Positions 10,906-23,153 of a DNA stretch of 30,433 nt are shown one piece after another. Position 1 is the first letter of the stretch; every line of letters begins with the position of its first letter. Under the pieces are notes generated by a model that was not told the DNA's origin, ran no database searches, and saw only the letters and a list, made by a program, of their open reading frames with translations. The DNA is from Tubiluchus corallicola (taxonomy: Eukaryota; Animalia; Priapulida), in assembly GCA_030141605.1 (NCBI GenBank), contig JAQGDQ010001669.1:1-30433 (forward strand), written 5' to 3'. The translations under genes and the position numbers were made by a program.

Positions 10906-12072
10906 ACACATAGATCAAGTATAACGTAATTAAGTTATTAAGCTTCCCGGGTTTCATGCTGTAATTAAGTCTTTAAATAGAGTAAAAGATTTTAAAGTGT
11001 ATAAAGTTACAAAGTTTTAAAATTTAAAAATGTAAAGAAATACTACACTTGTTACTAAGCGATTGAAAAATTTGACAATTATTAAACCTCTTATTATTTG
11101 CAAATCGTATCCCAGAAATTAATCTCTCTATTTATAAGTTCAAAAATTTGTTATCGTAGTACTATGCTGAATTTAAATTTATGATTCCATATATTACATT
11201 TGTATTAGCATTTTTATGTCTACGAGTTTTAAGAATTATTATATATTTATGCACGAGAAGTTTTCCATTTCGTGAATGTTGTTCTATAATTCTTGCTTAT
11301 GAAGGTTAACCCATTCACATTTATATTATTTAATTTATACTAATTGGTCATTTTTGCATATTGTAATTATTAGTCCTTTCGCTTAAATAAATTTGCTACA
11401 ATACTTGGTCTAAAACTAAATAGTCAGCTCATAATTCCCTGTTCTTGTTCTGATAACTTGTTTGTTTGTACTTCTAATTAATTTCTTGTTTACCTAATGT
11501 ATTCTGCCATGAAACAAAAATTTTTCTGCTCTAAGTAGCACGAATATCATTGCCTGCTGACTTATCTAGTGTTGGGCTTAAACGTTGGATTTTTAGTGTA
11601 TGAGCAGATAGGCTTATAGTAACGTGATCTTGCTTGCGAGTGTGAACGCTTTATGGCCTATCTATAATCCGCCATATTTGATTCGTTTGGAATGACTTTT
11701 GTTCATTAAATTGATCATTATTCTCATTTGTTCCATTGTCCCTATGACAAAATGAACTTTGTGTTGCATTTGAGCCTAATTAAACTTATTTTCTACTGAA
11801 TGTATGCTTTTAAATTGGCTTTTTTCCTGCCTATCATTTGATTTAGTCCACCCAGAAACTGGAAAGCCATGTGGTAGACATGCTTTGCGTCGCTTGAAGA
11901 ATTTTCTTCGTTTAAGAAATCATAGTTACGATACTTAGCCTTCTTACGAAATCGTAACTTCCTAACTGCATTTTCCTCACTTATATGTCGAGATAAGCAT
12001 ACTCATCTCGATAAATATGAATAGAGTCAATGGGAAATTCCTAAACATATTCTGATAAGTTAGCCAGTCGTA

Positions 12073-12383
12073 AAGGTGTGCGGTAAAAATGCCACAGGTA
12101 AAAATGACACGGTAAAAATGACATGGTAAAAATGGTACAGGAAAAAATAGCACAAGTAAGAATGGCACAGGAAAAATCGCACAAATGGAAAAGTAGACAA
12201 AGATGGCACAGGAAAGGATGGCTAAAATGGAAAACTACGTAAAAATGGCACAGGAAAAACGGCACAGGAAAAATGGCACAAGAAAAAATGACACAAACGG
12301 AAAAGTGGGTAAAAATGGCACAGGAAAAAAAATAGTACAAATGGAAAAGTAGGTAAAAATGGCACACGGAAAATGGCACGCTT
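12073..12383 (+). repeat. tandem array of about 14-15 bp AAAAATGGCACAGG units, probably the subterminal repeats of a DNA transposon
   Basis: About 20 degenerate units such as ggtaaaaatgacac and ggaaaaatggcaca, with a recurring variant aaatggaaaagtag; generates ORFs 11977..12168 and 12041..12379. Confidence 0.85.
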
Positions 12384-12653
12384 AGTAATATATGTGCTTG
12401 GAGTTAGGATTACAGTGGGGTATAATTGTTTTAGCTGTTTTTATCTCCGACATGGAAGCTATATGCTTCAACACAGTTTGTTTGTTTGTTTGTCTGTTTA
12501 TCTGTTTGTGCACATAGTGAAAGCGAAATCAAAGAAAAAAAACTTCCGAAAAGAAATGAAACTGGACAAATGTCCACATGTAAATAATTTTTCTGTTTTA
12601 CTCCTTATTATCTAGTGTTCCACAATTCTTTTATTGCTGATTTCTTTACCGTC

Positions 12654-13120
12654 CAGGGCCCGGATTAACGCATAAGCAGACTAAGCAGACCAAGGCTTAA
12701 GGAGCACCAAACTGGCAAAAAATAATAAATTGAAAACAGATAAAATTAATTAAAGTAGGTTAAAGATCATGAAAATATTCCACAGTTCAAAATGAGAGGT
12801 ATAGGACTGCAGGAGAATGATTATTTTTTTGCTGTTAGCAGGCATCATACTTTTTTGCAGCTAATTTATTTAATTAAAATTTTATTTGAAGACAATAAAG
12901 AATTTAAGTGCCATAATTCGTATATAGAGCAAAGGAGTTTGTTTTATATATAATGTCGCATAATTTCTATCACGTAAAACATTTTAGAATGACGTACGCC
13001 ACGTAATAAGTATGTTTCGAGCCGCGAAACGTGCACGTAGTATCATGGGGCAAAAGGGAGAACCGGGGCATCAGGTGCTGGATTGTGCTTAGGGCACCAA
13101 CATATCTTAATCCGGCCCTG
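12654..13120. mobile_element. hAT-type MITE, 467 bp
   Basis: TIRs CAGGGCC(C)GGATTAA ... TTAATCCGGCCCTG. 8-bp TSD ttaccgtc (12646-12653) / ttaccatc (13121-13128), one mismatch. Subterminal direct repeat gctta(a)gg..gcaccaa at both ends. Confidence 0.9.
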
Positions 13121-14329
13121 TTACCATCCGGTTATAAAACATAACTGAAGAAAAGCAAGAACAAAAGTCGCATTAAAATGATCTGATTTTGATATTTTCA
13201 CATAAAATTTTAGCGAATAAGCAGTTAACTATTAATTAACTTAACAGTAGCTGAAAATGCAAGGTTTTCTTTTTGCCTTCTGCGCTGCTGGTGCTGGACG
13301 AAATTTCAAAATTTCAGGCGGTAAGAAAAGATTAAGAGCCACTGGTTTACAAAATTATTCTGATAGAGTTCATTTGAATTTCAGGTTAACGAAACTCGAC
13401 GGACTGTTGTTGTAGTCATTTATGCCAGTTTCATTTTTCACAATTTTTTTGCTTTTCGGCACTCATTACATTTCGCTTATCTTTACAAATCATATTTAAG
13501 GAAAATTTCATTTTGTCTTATTTTATTTTAGTCACGTTTCAAAGTAAACACTGTGACAGTTTGACATTTAGGGCCGATATTGTACACTAATTACATCTAG
13601 TTTTGTTCGGTCAGACACTGGAAACTTTATTATCTCTAGGATTCGAATCTCCGCAGTAAGATGAGTTCTATCGTGTTTCTCGGTTGACAGGGCACTTAAT
13701 CATATAGTTGGGCAGTGAAAAGCCACCCGTTTTTCACGTCATCTTGTTTTTGACGGTTCACGGTTAAATCAGAACTTCAAGCAAGACAAATGAAATCAGA
13801 CATTCGGGCATCACTTCAGCAAAATAAAATCAACTAGTCATAGGATAGAAGTTTCAGCTAAAGAGCTTTGTCGTGGCAATATTACGTGAAGCATTAACGT
13901 TCATTGTTGTGAGTACTAAGGTTGCATGCGGGTCCTGAGGTCATGGGTACCGATGTAGTGGGCGCTAGCTGCTAAGTTTGCAGACCTCGATTGTCCCGGC
14001 ACCAACACACATCAACATGCGCGCTTGTTCGCTCTAGGCTTTCAGTTTTTAACTCAGGGCAGTAAAGCCTTACAGTTTAGTGCTGTTTCTTTGGAATCTT
14101 GTAATGGATTTTCAGCATTATTAATAGCATAGGTCATTCGCGTTCACTTTCACTCGCGATCGGATAACTAGTAGCTGGTTTAATCTACATCCAGAGAATC
14201 ATTGAAATTGAGCCATTTTCAAACGCATGCGGTCAGCTGCTTCGCAACAATTTGCATGTTTAGCTACATGTATATTATAAGCCTTATTATAAGCTACATG
14301 TATATTAACGCAAATTCAACCTGAACATT

Positions 14330-14590
14330 TAAATACAGGTGAAAATAATCGATTTAATCCAAAACTCTATAGAAGTGGATGCTGTTCAAAGAAAAAAAAT
14401 ATCAATCCTTTGACCCGAGGACCCGAGGTCAAAGGTCAACACACCGACGTCGTTCCCCCAATCGCCCTGCGAGTTTGGTGACCCTATCATACAACTTTTG
14501 CAGTTGTTAAGTGAAATGTTGGTCATAAGAAACTAATAAACAAAACAGGTGGAATTCAAGAAGTTTTTGCTATGGCAAAATCTTAAAAAT
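14330..14590 (+). mobile_element. HINE/DINE-like fragment
   Basis: cctttgacc...ggtcaaagg inverted repeat, core gagtttggtgaccct, and 3' hairpin ttttgc-tatg-gcaaaa just before an A run; 5' boundary uncertain. Confidence 0.45.
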
Positions 14591-17411
14591 GCAGCATCAG
14601 CATCGTTGTTTTCTGTTATAAAAATTTATTACGTGAAAAGTAGTTTGTTATATTCATTAATCGAAAAAAGTTTTTTGAAGACTCGTTTTATGACTTTCGG
14701 TTAATCATATTAGCGTAATTAAGCAGCGAGTTTTATTTTAAATCCTTTATCACTTTTAAGCGCACAGTAATAAACGCATCAGATTAGATGAATAAGCTTT
14801 TGAATCAAATCATTATTTTTTGCAGGATCTGAAATGCTTTTAATCCATTTTATTTCCACGATAAAGTAACATAGAAAGTTAAGAAAGTAGACATTATGCG
14901 TACGTTCTAAACCTTTTTTATATGCATGTGTTCAGTTGATATCTACTCTCTTAGCCAAAATCTAAGGCACAAAAAGGCGAGGAAGGAAGAACTGAAATAG
15001 CTTAATCACCCTCTTTATGTTACAATACTGATTGCTATAATTATTAAATCTTCACTGCAATTTAACGGAGTTATGTTGTAAAAATGACTAAAAGATTTAT
15101 GCTGTATACATCTACATCTACGATTTGTAAATATTTTTATTTATGCATGTATCTTATTAAGAACATTTACAAAATATACATTATTGTATAAAAGATGAGA
15201 CTGACAGGCTATGTTAGCTCCTATAACTGTCTGCATTGTGAAGTGGCAAATTAAGTTACATCAGGTTACATTGGATAAATTCCTATTGCTTACATTTAAA
15301 GAAGTAAAATAAAAAAATCAATAATGCATATACAAAGTGTAAATTTATCAAAGTGGGAGAGATCATGAACTAAAGTAAAAATGTTTTATAAAAATCTATT
15401 AAATTTGCAATGTTTTAACAAACAAGCTTGGGTTAGCCTGGAACTGATAGACTGGATGAATTAACAGTGCCATAATTGAGGTCTGTAAAATCTGTTATAA
15501 AAAGCATATTTATACAAGTTCAACCTAGAGGGTTTTTCTACTGTACTCTATCAACACGTAATTTACCGAAAGAGATGTATGTTATTATTTATACAATATC
15601 TTAACACTCAAAGTATTTTCAACATGTAGGTACACTGCTTACTGTTATACTCATTAAGAAGTAATAAACCCAAAATTTTACTACTATGTTTTGTATACAT
15701 TGTAAAGCTGTAAAAGCCCACTATGTGGGAGACGATAGGCCTATATATAAGTATCGGTGTAGGCCCACACAAGTAGAAGTACATGCATAACTCATCAGAC
15801 TCATCTTTTATTTTTGTGCATCTTATATTATAGAAATCAATAAATTAGGCTACACTAACGCTGACGCTGTTACTTATTCATATTAGTTTTGCGCATGTAT
15901 GGATAACATCAGTGAAAGGAAAAGCCACTGTTACTGCCTATCAAAATTACGTTGCAAACAGCAGTTAAACATAAGCTATTGATTAGCTAAATTTTACTGA
16001 CACAGTCTAATACCAACAACGACGGCAACGAATAAGGGTGAGATGCCGCAGATTTAATGGAATTCCTTTAAAATGGAAAAGTGCGTTTGTAAACCAGTGA
16101 TAAGGTCTCATTTCCTACACATATAAACAGACAATTACATGCAGTCATACACCAAGCAATATATCGCGAAAAATAATATTATTATGATATAACTCCAGAT
16201 ATAAAGGATGAAAAACGTTTTATATTAAAATATCACAGATATAATAGCTACGCTTTCAATTTATTTGCAAAAAAAGTGAATTGGCCCGTGATTTTCCCAG
16301 TGGGAACGTTGATGTTAGATTCATTCGTTAAATAAAACAAATATGCAGAGATTTGGCCATAATATGTAAATTTACTTACGATTTTTTTCGAAACAGAGCA
16401 TACTTATGACTATCATTCAATTGATTTCATACCACTTTTTGACAAACAATAACTAAAGTGGGACGTCTAATCCAAGTGTACTGAATGCATGCGTGCACAA
16501 TGACATTTCGTATAAACTTGTTACTGGATTATTAGCAATCACGATGCTGTTGTTTAGATGCATATATGAATCCGAATTAATTACGTAATAAATTTTAAAT
16601 CATCTTAACAAGCTTCTGTTGATGTGCTGCTATTATAAAAGGTCTTATTGTAATGCAATGTAATTAATTAGTTAACTAATTAGTGTAGGTGGATTATTAA
16701 GTTAATAGTGGCAATGCTTCTTCCACAATAAGGAGGCATTTGTTGATATGAAAGCGGTGACTGGTACGGAAAGGCATTGTTTCTGGTTTTACTAAATAAT
16801 TACTAGCTATTCTTTGTAATTGATTTAGAATATAGAGCAATCTGTACGTAATGAATTAATTTATTATTTATGACGTTAATTACATGCTTTTTGACTTTTT
16901 CACATTTTCTCCCTTTCAGTCAAGTTTGGGTTCAATAATTTAATAATTCTTTTTTGCTACTTATTAAGCATCAAGCTGCGGCAATAAAGATTGGATAATC
17001 TTGAAATTAAGATCATAAATAATAAGTTAATCACCCGCGTATTACCCTACATTCTAAATTAATTGTAAAAATAATTACTCAGGTTTTTCACATTTCCTCT
17101 CTCTTGATCACCGAATAAAAGTCTATTCGGTCTATTTCAGGTTTTATAAACCAGTCTATGGTTTATAATGTTAAATTTAAACTTATAATTTTGGGATAAA
17201 ACACGAGATTGAGAAACACGTTTTATAAGCAAATGTCGCTAGGGCGAAAATGGATTCTAGGAAAAAGAAGAAGAATAAAAATGGAGGCGATTTTACTGTA
17301 CATGTTGTACGTGTATGTACCTGTAAATGACATATCATTTGCTTAATGATTGTTCATACCATAAGCACTTTACTATAACAAATCAAAATCATAAAATTTG
17401 AAAAAGACCTT

Positions 17412-17722
17412 GGGCCGGAATCAGTAAAGTTTGCGCGTACGAATATTTTAGCGCTACGCACGGATTCATTAGGCTAGTCTTCGTAAAAATGTTCTTAAAC
17501 TTCCTCGTAACTTTACGCAAGGATTAGAGCTTGCGTAACTGTAATTTAGCATGTTGTGCACAGCTTAAACGGCTATGACTGGTACTTTCGTGGAAGACGA
17601 AAAGGCTAATACAATAAAATTTTGATACATAGAGGACGTACTTTTCGCAATAGATTAGAATGAGATGTTTCAAAAGAAAGTGATAAATGAACTATAATCT
17701 ACAGCAGACTACAAGGCTTTCA

Positions 17723-17792
<70 letters not shown>

Positions 17793-18488
17793 TCTCTCTC
17801 TTTGTTTATCTATCCATCTGTGTGTCTATCTATCTATGCACTTATCTACTACCTGCCTATCTTATCTAGCTATGCGCCAACTGACTGACCAACTGGCCAA
17901 TCGCACGCCCGACCGACCTGCCTGCCTACCTATCTATTCACCTACGAACCAACCTACCTACCCGCCTAGTTACCTATTAACGTACCTGGATATTTATTAA
18001 TCTACATTTTTCCCTTGTTTTTCTATTTTTAGTTTCATTAGTCATTTAAATCGGCTTAAGCCTAAAGATGTTTTCTTGCGGGCAAGTAAAAGAATGATGC
18101 GGCTAGTAAGCAACCTGCTACTTAGTGTTTATACTGAGCTCACATTGTAAGAGACAGTATTTATATCTGAGCCTGTAATTCTAAAATCTATTAAACAGCC
18201 CTCCAAAGTTAGGATAGGCTGACAGAAGAGTCAAGAGAGTGTTATTCTGCACAATTGTGCTATAATTACGTATTAAAAGCGGCGCCCAAGCAAAAAACAT
18301 CTGCTGTCTCCTGTACACATGAAGATTTTGGCCGTGGCTGAATTTTAGCAGCGTAAAATGTTCGTACGAGCAAAATAGACAAGAACTTCGTATGAAGTTT
18401 TTTCTGAATCCAATTTACGAAAGTTCGTACGAACTTCTTAAATATTTTCGTACGAAAATTCTTACGAACATTTTAGTGAATCCTGGTG
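17412..18488. mobile_element. PIF/Harbinger-like MITE (old)
   Basis: Left end GGGCCGGAATCAGTAAA versus reverse complement of right end CCAGGATTCACTAAA. Both ends carry arrays of CGTACGA/CGTAA/TTACG motifs, including perfect 16-bp palindromes at 18421-18436 and 18444-18459. TSD not recognisable. Confidence 0.55.
17727..17985. repeat. (CT)n microsatellite (17727-17800) followed by decayed tetranucleotide repeats (CTAT/CCTA/CCGA)
   Basis: Directly visible; explains ORF 17687..17869. Confidence 0.95.
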
Positions 18489-18642
18489 TACAGATGAACA
18501 TTGACTTCTGCTTCGGAACATGCCAAAATGTGTTATTGCTCTTGCTAATATCTTGTACAATATACATGACATGTTAGCCATAAAAACTAAATGGAAGCTC
18601 AAAAAACTACTGTAGGCGCTTGGGCAGCCTACTCAGCACAAC

Positions 18643-19092
18643 CTGTAGGGGATAGCCCTATAGGCTGAATAGGCTGAAGCCTAAGGCCCGGGATCAAAAG
18701 GGGCCCGGCAACATAAAACGAAAAAAAAAATTTTTGTAAAAAAAATAAATTGATAAAAGAGCAAGGGGCCCGCCAAAATAAAATATAGAAAAATTTTTTT
18801 TTTCAAAAGTCTGTCACTATATTTCAAATCGGGTTTACACAAATCAAGTTTACACAATTTAAGTTTACACAATTCAAGTTTACACAATTTAAGTTTACAC
18901 AATTCACGTTTACACAGTTTAAGTTCAAAATTTCAGTTTCCGAATTTTTCTGGGGGCAAAAACTCACAAAATTAAACAAACTTACAAACGACGAGAGCTC
19001 CACAAAAACACGTCAGCTCAGCAGTGTAGCAACATTTAAAAGGCCCGTTCCAAGCTCAAGCCTAAGGCCCATAAAATCATAATCCGCCGCTG
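18643..19092. mobile_element. hAT-type MITE with intact right TIR and decayed left TIR
   Basis: Right end TAATCCGCCGCTG (= CAGCGGCGGATTA). Direct repeat aagcctaaggccc near both ends, the same architecture as 12654-13120. No TSD recognisable. Confidence 0.6.
18833..18922. repeat. 15-bp minisatellite, 6 units (GTTTACACAATT[T/C]AA)
   Basis: gtttacacaaatcaa gtttacacaatttaa gtttacacaattcaa gtttacacaatttaa gtttacacaattcac gtttacacagtttaa; explains ORF 18681..18902. Confidence 0.95.
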
Positions 19093-21471
19093 TTTCTAAT
19101 ATATTTACGCGAAAGCTAGATAAAACGTCGCACGTGTATCCACGCTGCGACGGGTAGAATGACTGTTAGTTGAAGGCTATCATTTTGTCATTTTTATCAA
19201 GTGTCAAGTGAAAGTAATTAACCCTCCCTGTTAAAGCCTAACCAGAAATATAACACTTGATGTGAATCTGCTAATAGATTGTAATAATGACGATTCTACT
19301 TAAATCGTTCAGCTTCTTCGAATTTTACTGAGGAAAATAATACTTTCGCAACAGGTAAAGGCAAATATTTTCAATCCCATCTTGACAGCAAGTCACTTCT
19401 GTTAATTCAATGAACTATTTTATAAGTGCGGCGCCACTGACATTCGAAAAGTTTATTGTGCATATTAGGAATTATTCTGTATTACAAAAAGCAAATAAGT
19501 AATCGTTATTTTTTATTTAAAAACAATTTTCACTAATGCATATGCTAAAATAGGGAAAGTTCATTGTTGACTGCTGAAAAAATTCTTTGATGTTTTCTCA
19601 TTCGCAAGATATTTCACCTAATAGCACAGACAACTGGAAGTACAACTTAATGCCGCAGCGGCGAATTGGGGGAGGTGTCGTTGTTACGCCTTTGTTACGT
19701 GGTTGATTCAAAGACAAACACCGTATCTAGAATATTAGCTGCAGCATCTCTAACAGGAACGCGGAGAATTTAGTATACTTGTAATGCACATAGGTAATTT
19801 GGTCCACATGTACAGTACTGGTAACTTTTGATGCGTGGACGTTATAGTTAAACTCCTTAGTCAATAGTGAATGCTAGGCAATGTTATTTATTTATTTATT
19901 TTTTTGTTAAACAACTGATAAAGCTGGATAGAATGTTATTAAAATGCTATCAAGTTACTGAATTGAGTTAACTGCTATTAGTCAAGTTAAAGTGCACGCG
20001 TGCTAATAGTGGCACCTGTGTAAATATGTGTTTATGTTAATAAAAGATTTATCACTCGTTATCATCATCATCATTAATTAGTCAATAGCTGAAAAACTAT
20101 AACAAGTTGATACACGAACCTTTATTTAATATTCTTTTTTGGTAATATACTTACTACGATAACAGTAATATAAGTAAAACGAATAAAATAAAAATTAAAC
20201 TATTTTAAAGTATGCTAGTTATTAAAAATTGCTAATTTGCCTAAAAGCAAAAATTAAATGTGGTCCAACAAAACGAGATATACAGAACTTTGCACCACCT
20301 TTCACAAATGCACGAGTGGTAAGGATGCATCATTCAAGCCTCTGGCAACTAGAACGTGTTATAGCCAGCCTACGTAACCGAGGTCCATTTGGTAAATGAA
20401 AATCGGCCCCTGTTCGAAGCCAACTCAAGATGCAGCGGTTGGAGCGCTCACATGCTACAAGTAGCTACATCAGATACCCAGCAGGAGGCTTATGGAGTGC
20501 AGAGTCTGGAAAGCCAGTGATGAACAGTAGAAAGAAGCAGGGACTATTACAAATCTAGAAACTCATCAGCGTTGCCTTAAATAGAAGGCTTGGGAAATAT
20601 GATTGCTTGGATACAACACAGCAGACAGCGTGTGTCATGTAATAATAATTGAAGTTGTGATGCACGAGAGCACTACAAAAGATGAAGCCTCACTAAAGCT
20701 TTACTGAGTTCTTCTGTGATAACAAGAGCACATCATTAGTGGAGCAAGAGGAGCGAAGGTCGTGCACACTGTAAGAAATTGTTCAAGAAACGTAATAAGT
20801 GCTTATCTGGTATGACTTCAAGGAGCAACAATTCTAGGACCGTAATTTCTCACATTGCTTTTATTTGCAAATGGATAAATATGCAGTAATAAATGAGCTG
20901 ATCACAGGACATAGTTCAACAGGAAACATTTTTAAAACGACTGGTGGAATTCCATCATGTCCAGATTCTTTTCTAATCCAGAGTTCATATAACAAACAAC
21001 AAAGTGTCATACAATGATCAAATATTAGAGACTTTATTAAAGAATGTTGGATTTTTGTTAATGCTTATCATCACGGATAGTCCTCATAAAATGAGACAGT
21101 CAACATGTAGGATATCTTAGACTCTTTCAAATTTATACATCTTCTTTACAAAAGAGAAATAGAACAAGCGTTATGACAAATAAAACGTCCTACAGTCGCA
21201 TATCCAATTACTAAGCAGACTCGGTGTTGTTTAATTTGAAGAACCAAGCACATACTCCGCTTTTCCCTTACAGTCTATAGCTGCAAAAGGCAACTGCTTC
21301 TGACGCGCCGTGTACTGCTGCTGGAGTTCCTGCTCCTACTATTAATAGTTATTAGTATAGTTGTGGTCCGGAACCGAAACCGACAGCTCTTTTTAATGCA
21401 GCAAAGAAGGCCAGAAACCACTCATCGTAAGGGATTGGAGCCAAAAATAAAGGAATCCAAAACCTGAAAAG

Positions 21472-21950
21472 AATTCTTACAATTAAGTTCCTAACAGCAG
21501 TGAGTGTTTTTTTTCTTGGAAATCTGTTGAAGTCCATGGCAAAAATATAATAACGGTTAATAAAGCTTTTTTATTAAAAGATTTTTTTACTAATTGATCA
21601 AATTTTGTTATTATTAAGAATTTGTTCCGTGTCGACACTACAGAAAAAATGTATTCAGCTTCCGCATTTAATGTCAACATTACTAGATAGATTGTGGATG
21701 TGACATGACAATTCTTACAATTAAGTTCCTAGCAGCAGTGAGTGCCTCTTTTCTTGAAGGTCTGTTGACGTCTAGGCCGTCAATGGCAAAAACATAAAAA
21801 CGGCAAATAAAGTTTGTTTATTAAATGATTTTTACTAATCGATTATACTTTGTTATAAAGAATTTGTTCCGTGTAGATGTTACAGAAGAAATGTAGTCAG
21901 CGATTCAAACCCGCATTTAATGTCAGATAGATTATGGATGTGACACAACA
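21472..21950. repeat. tandem duplication, 2 x about 238 bp, in the presumed GPCR 3' UTR
   Basis: Both copies start aattcttacaattaagttccta(a/g)cagcagtgagtg (21472, 21710) and end gatagatt(g/a)tggatgtgaca. Confidence 0.95.
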
Positions 21951-22013
21951 ATAGGCACTAATCAAACATAAAAACTACTTGGTTAAAAATTCATTACTTT
22001 GTGACCACAAAGT

Positions 22014-22897
22014 TTAAAAACCACTTGTTTCTATTTGAATGTTTTCGTTGATGGGGTTTGCCATAGTACAACTGTGGCCAGATGTCCGAGAAGGCGACTG
22101 TCTGGAAGCACTAATAGCAGTGCTTCGCATACTGCTCGTTCTAAAGCTATTAAAATTCCACGCACGTGTAGAGGTGTAGTGCATTCCGTTTCGTTTGCCA
22201 GATCTGAGGAGACACCGACAGTCGAGCACGCCTGCAAAACCTTTGCGAAACTTCGTTGACATGGCGTTATACACAATTGGATTGATAGCAGAGTTAAGAA
22301 AGAACATCACTCTGACGAAAACCATCACATTTAAGTAGTTCTCCAAACCCAGTCTCATCAACGTTTCGCTAGAGACAAATACTAACCACAAGGAAACGAT
22401 TCGAAATGGCAGCAGGCAAGTGAAGAAACAGAAGACGACGGCAGACAGCATTAGCACTACCTGGCGGCGAGATCGATGGTTTGATTCTGAGCTTGGATCG
22501 TTCTTCATACCAATCACCGCAGCGTCACTTACTAGAGTGCGACTAATCTTGGCATACAGAACAATTAATATGATAAACGGAATTGGAAAACACAGACACC
22601 ACAAAGCCACAAAATAAATACGTTCCCAAGTTTGCCCAATTAATGTCATGCACGTCTTGACTATGCTGCCATCTACATAAATGCTGTCGCCATAATGTGT
22701 CATTACAATAAACGGAACACATAAAGCTGAAGAAAGTACCCAAATTACGAGAACTATCTTAATGGTACGCATACGCGTACATGTGTATTGTGCTTTTAAT
22801 GGACGACAAATGGCGTAGTATCTCTCCAAACTAATTGCGATTATTGTTAATGTGGATCCAGCAGCTACAGTGTTCTCCAAATAAGGAACCATTTTAC
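22014..22897 (-). CDS. terminal coding exon (TM3-TM7 and C-tail) of a class A neuropeptide GPCR, ecdysis-triggering hormone receptor-like (NMU/ghrelin/TRH receptor-related group)
   Basis: Uninterrupted frame. (C)KMVPYLENTVAAGSTLTIIAISLERYYAICRPLKAQYTCT carries the ERY motif; TM6 RRQVVLMLSAVVFCFFTCLLPFR; TM7 FLNSAINPIVYNAMSTKFR (NPxxY); Ser/Thr-rich tail; TAA stop. The exon starts inside the conserved Cys codon (T|GT AAA ATG), so the ORF-track Met is internal. Confidence 0.93.
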
Positions 22898-22916
22898 CTG
22901 AAAATTAAAGTAACAA
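22898..22916 (-). other. 3' splice acceptor of a phase-1 intron
   Basis: Minus strand ttgttactttaattttcag|GTAAAATG; restores Cys-Lys at the start of TM3. Confidence 0.85.
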
Positions 22917-23097
22917 TAGTATACTTAGTTTGTATGCATAAACTTAGTTTGTAAGTTTCCCAGAAGAACAGCGCAAATGCATTGCTTTATTAAACGAAAT
23001 TGTTCCTACTTTTCTTTTTAATCACATTTTTAAATATTGCTGAAATTTGCTATATAGAGAAGATGATAATAATGTCACTGTTTCATAAACAATTCAA

Positions 23098-23153
23098 TAG
23101 ATTCGTATATTAACATTGTCAGGGGAATGCACCTAACCACTACGGTCACCACA
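23098..23153 (-). mobile_element. possible decayed tRNA-derived SINE head
   Basis: A-box-like GGTGACCGTAGTGGTTAG and a degenerate B-box-like ATACGAATC at tRNA-like spacing; no cloverleaf. Confidence 0.25.

Noticed and set aside
11977-12379. Cys/His/Phe-rich ORFs as real proteins
   Set aside because: They are translations of the AAAATGGCAC tandem array
18833-18922. CRISPR-like regular repeats
   Set aside because: Units are contiguous with no unique spacers, there are no cas genes, and the context is eukaryotic; it is a minisatellite
22031-22743. Small ORFs overlapping the GPCR exon
   Set aside because: Alternative-frame and antisense shadows of the real coding exon
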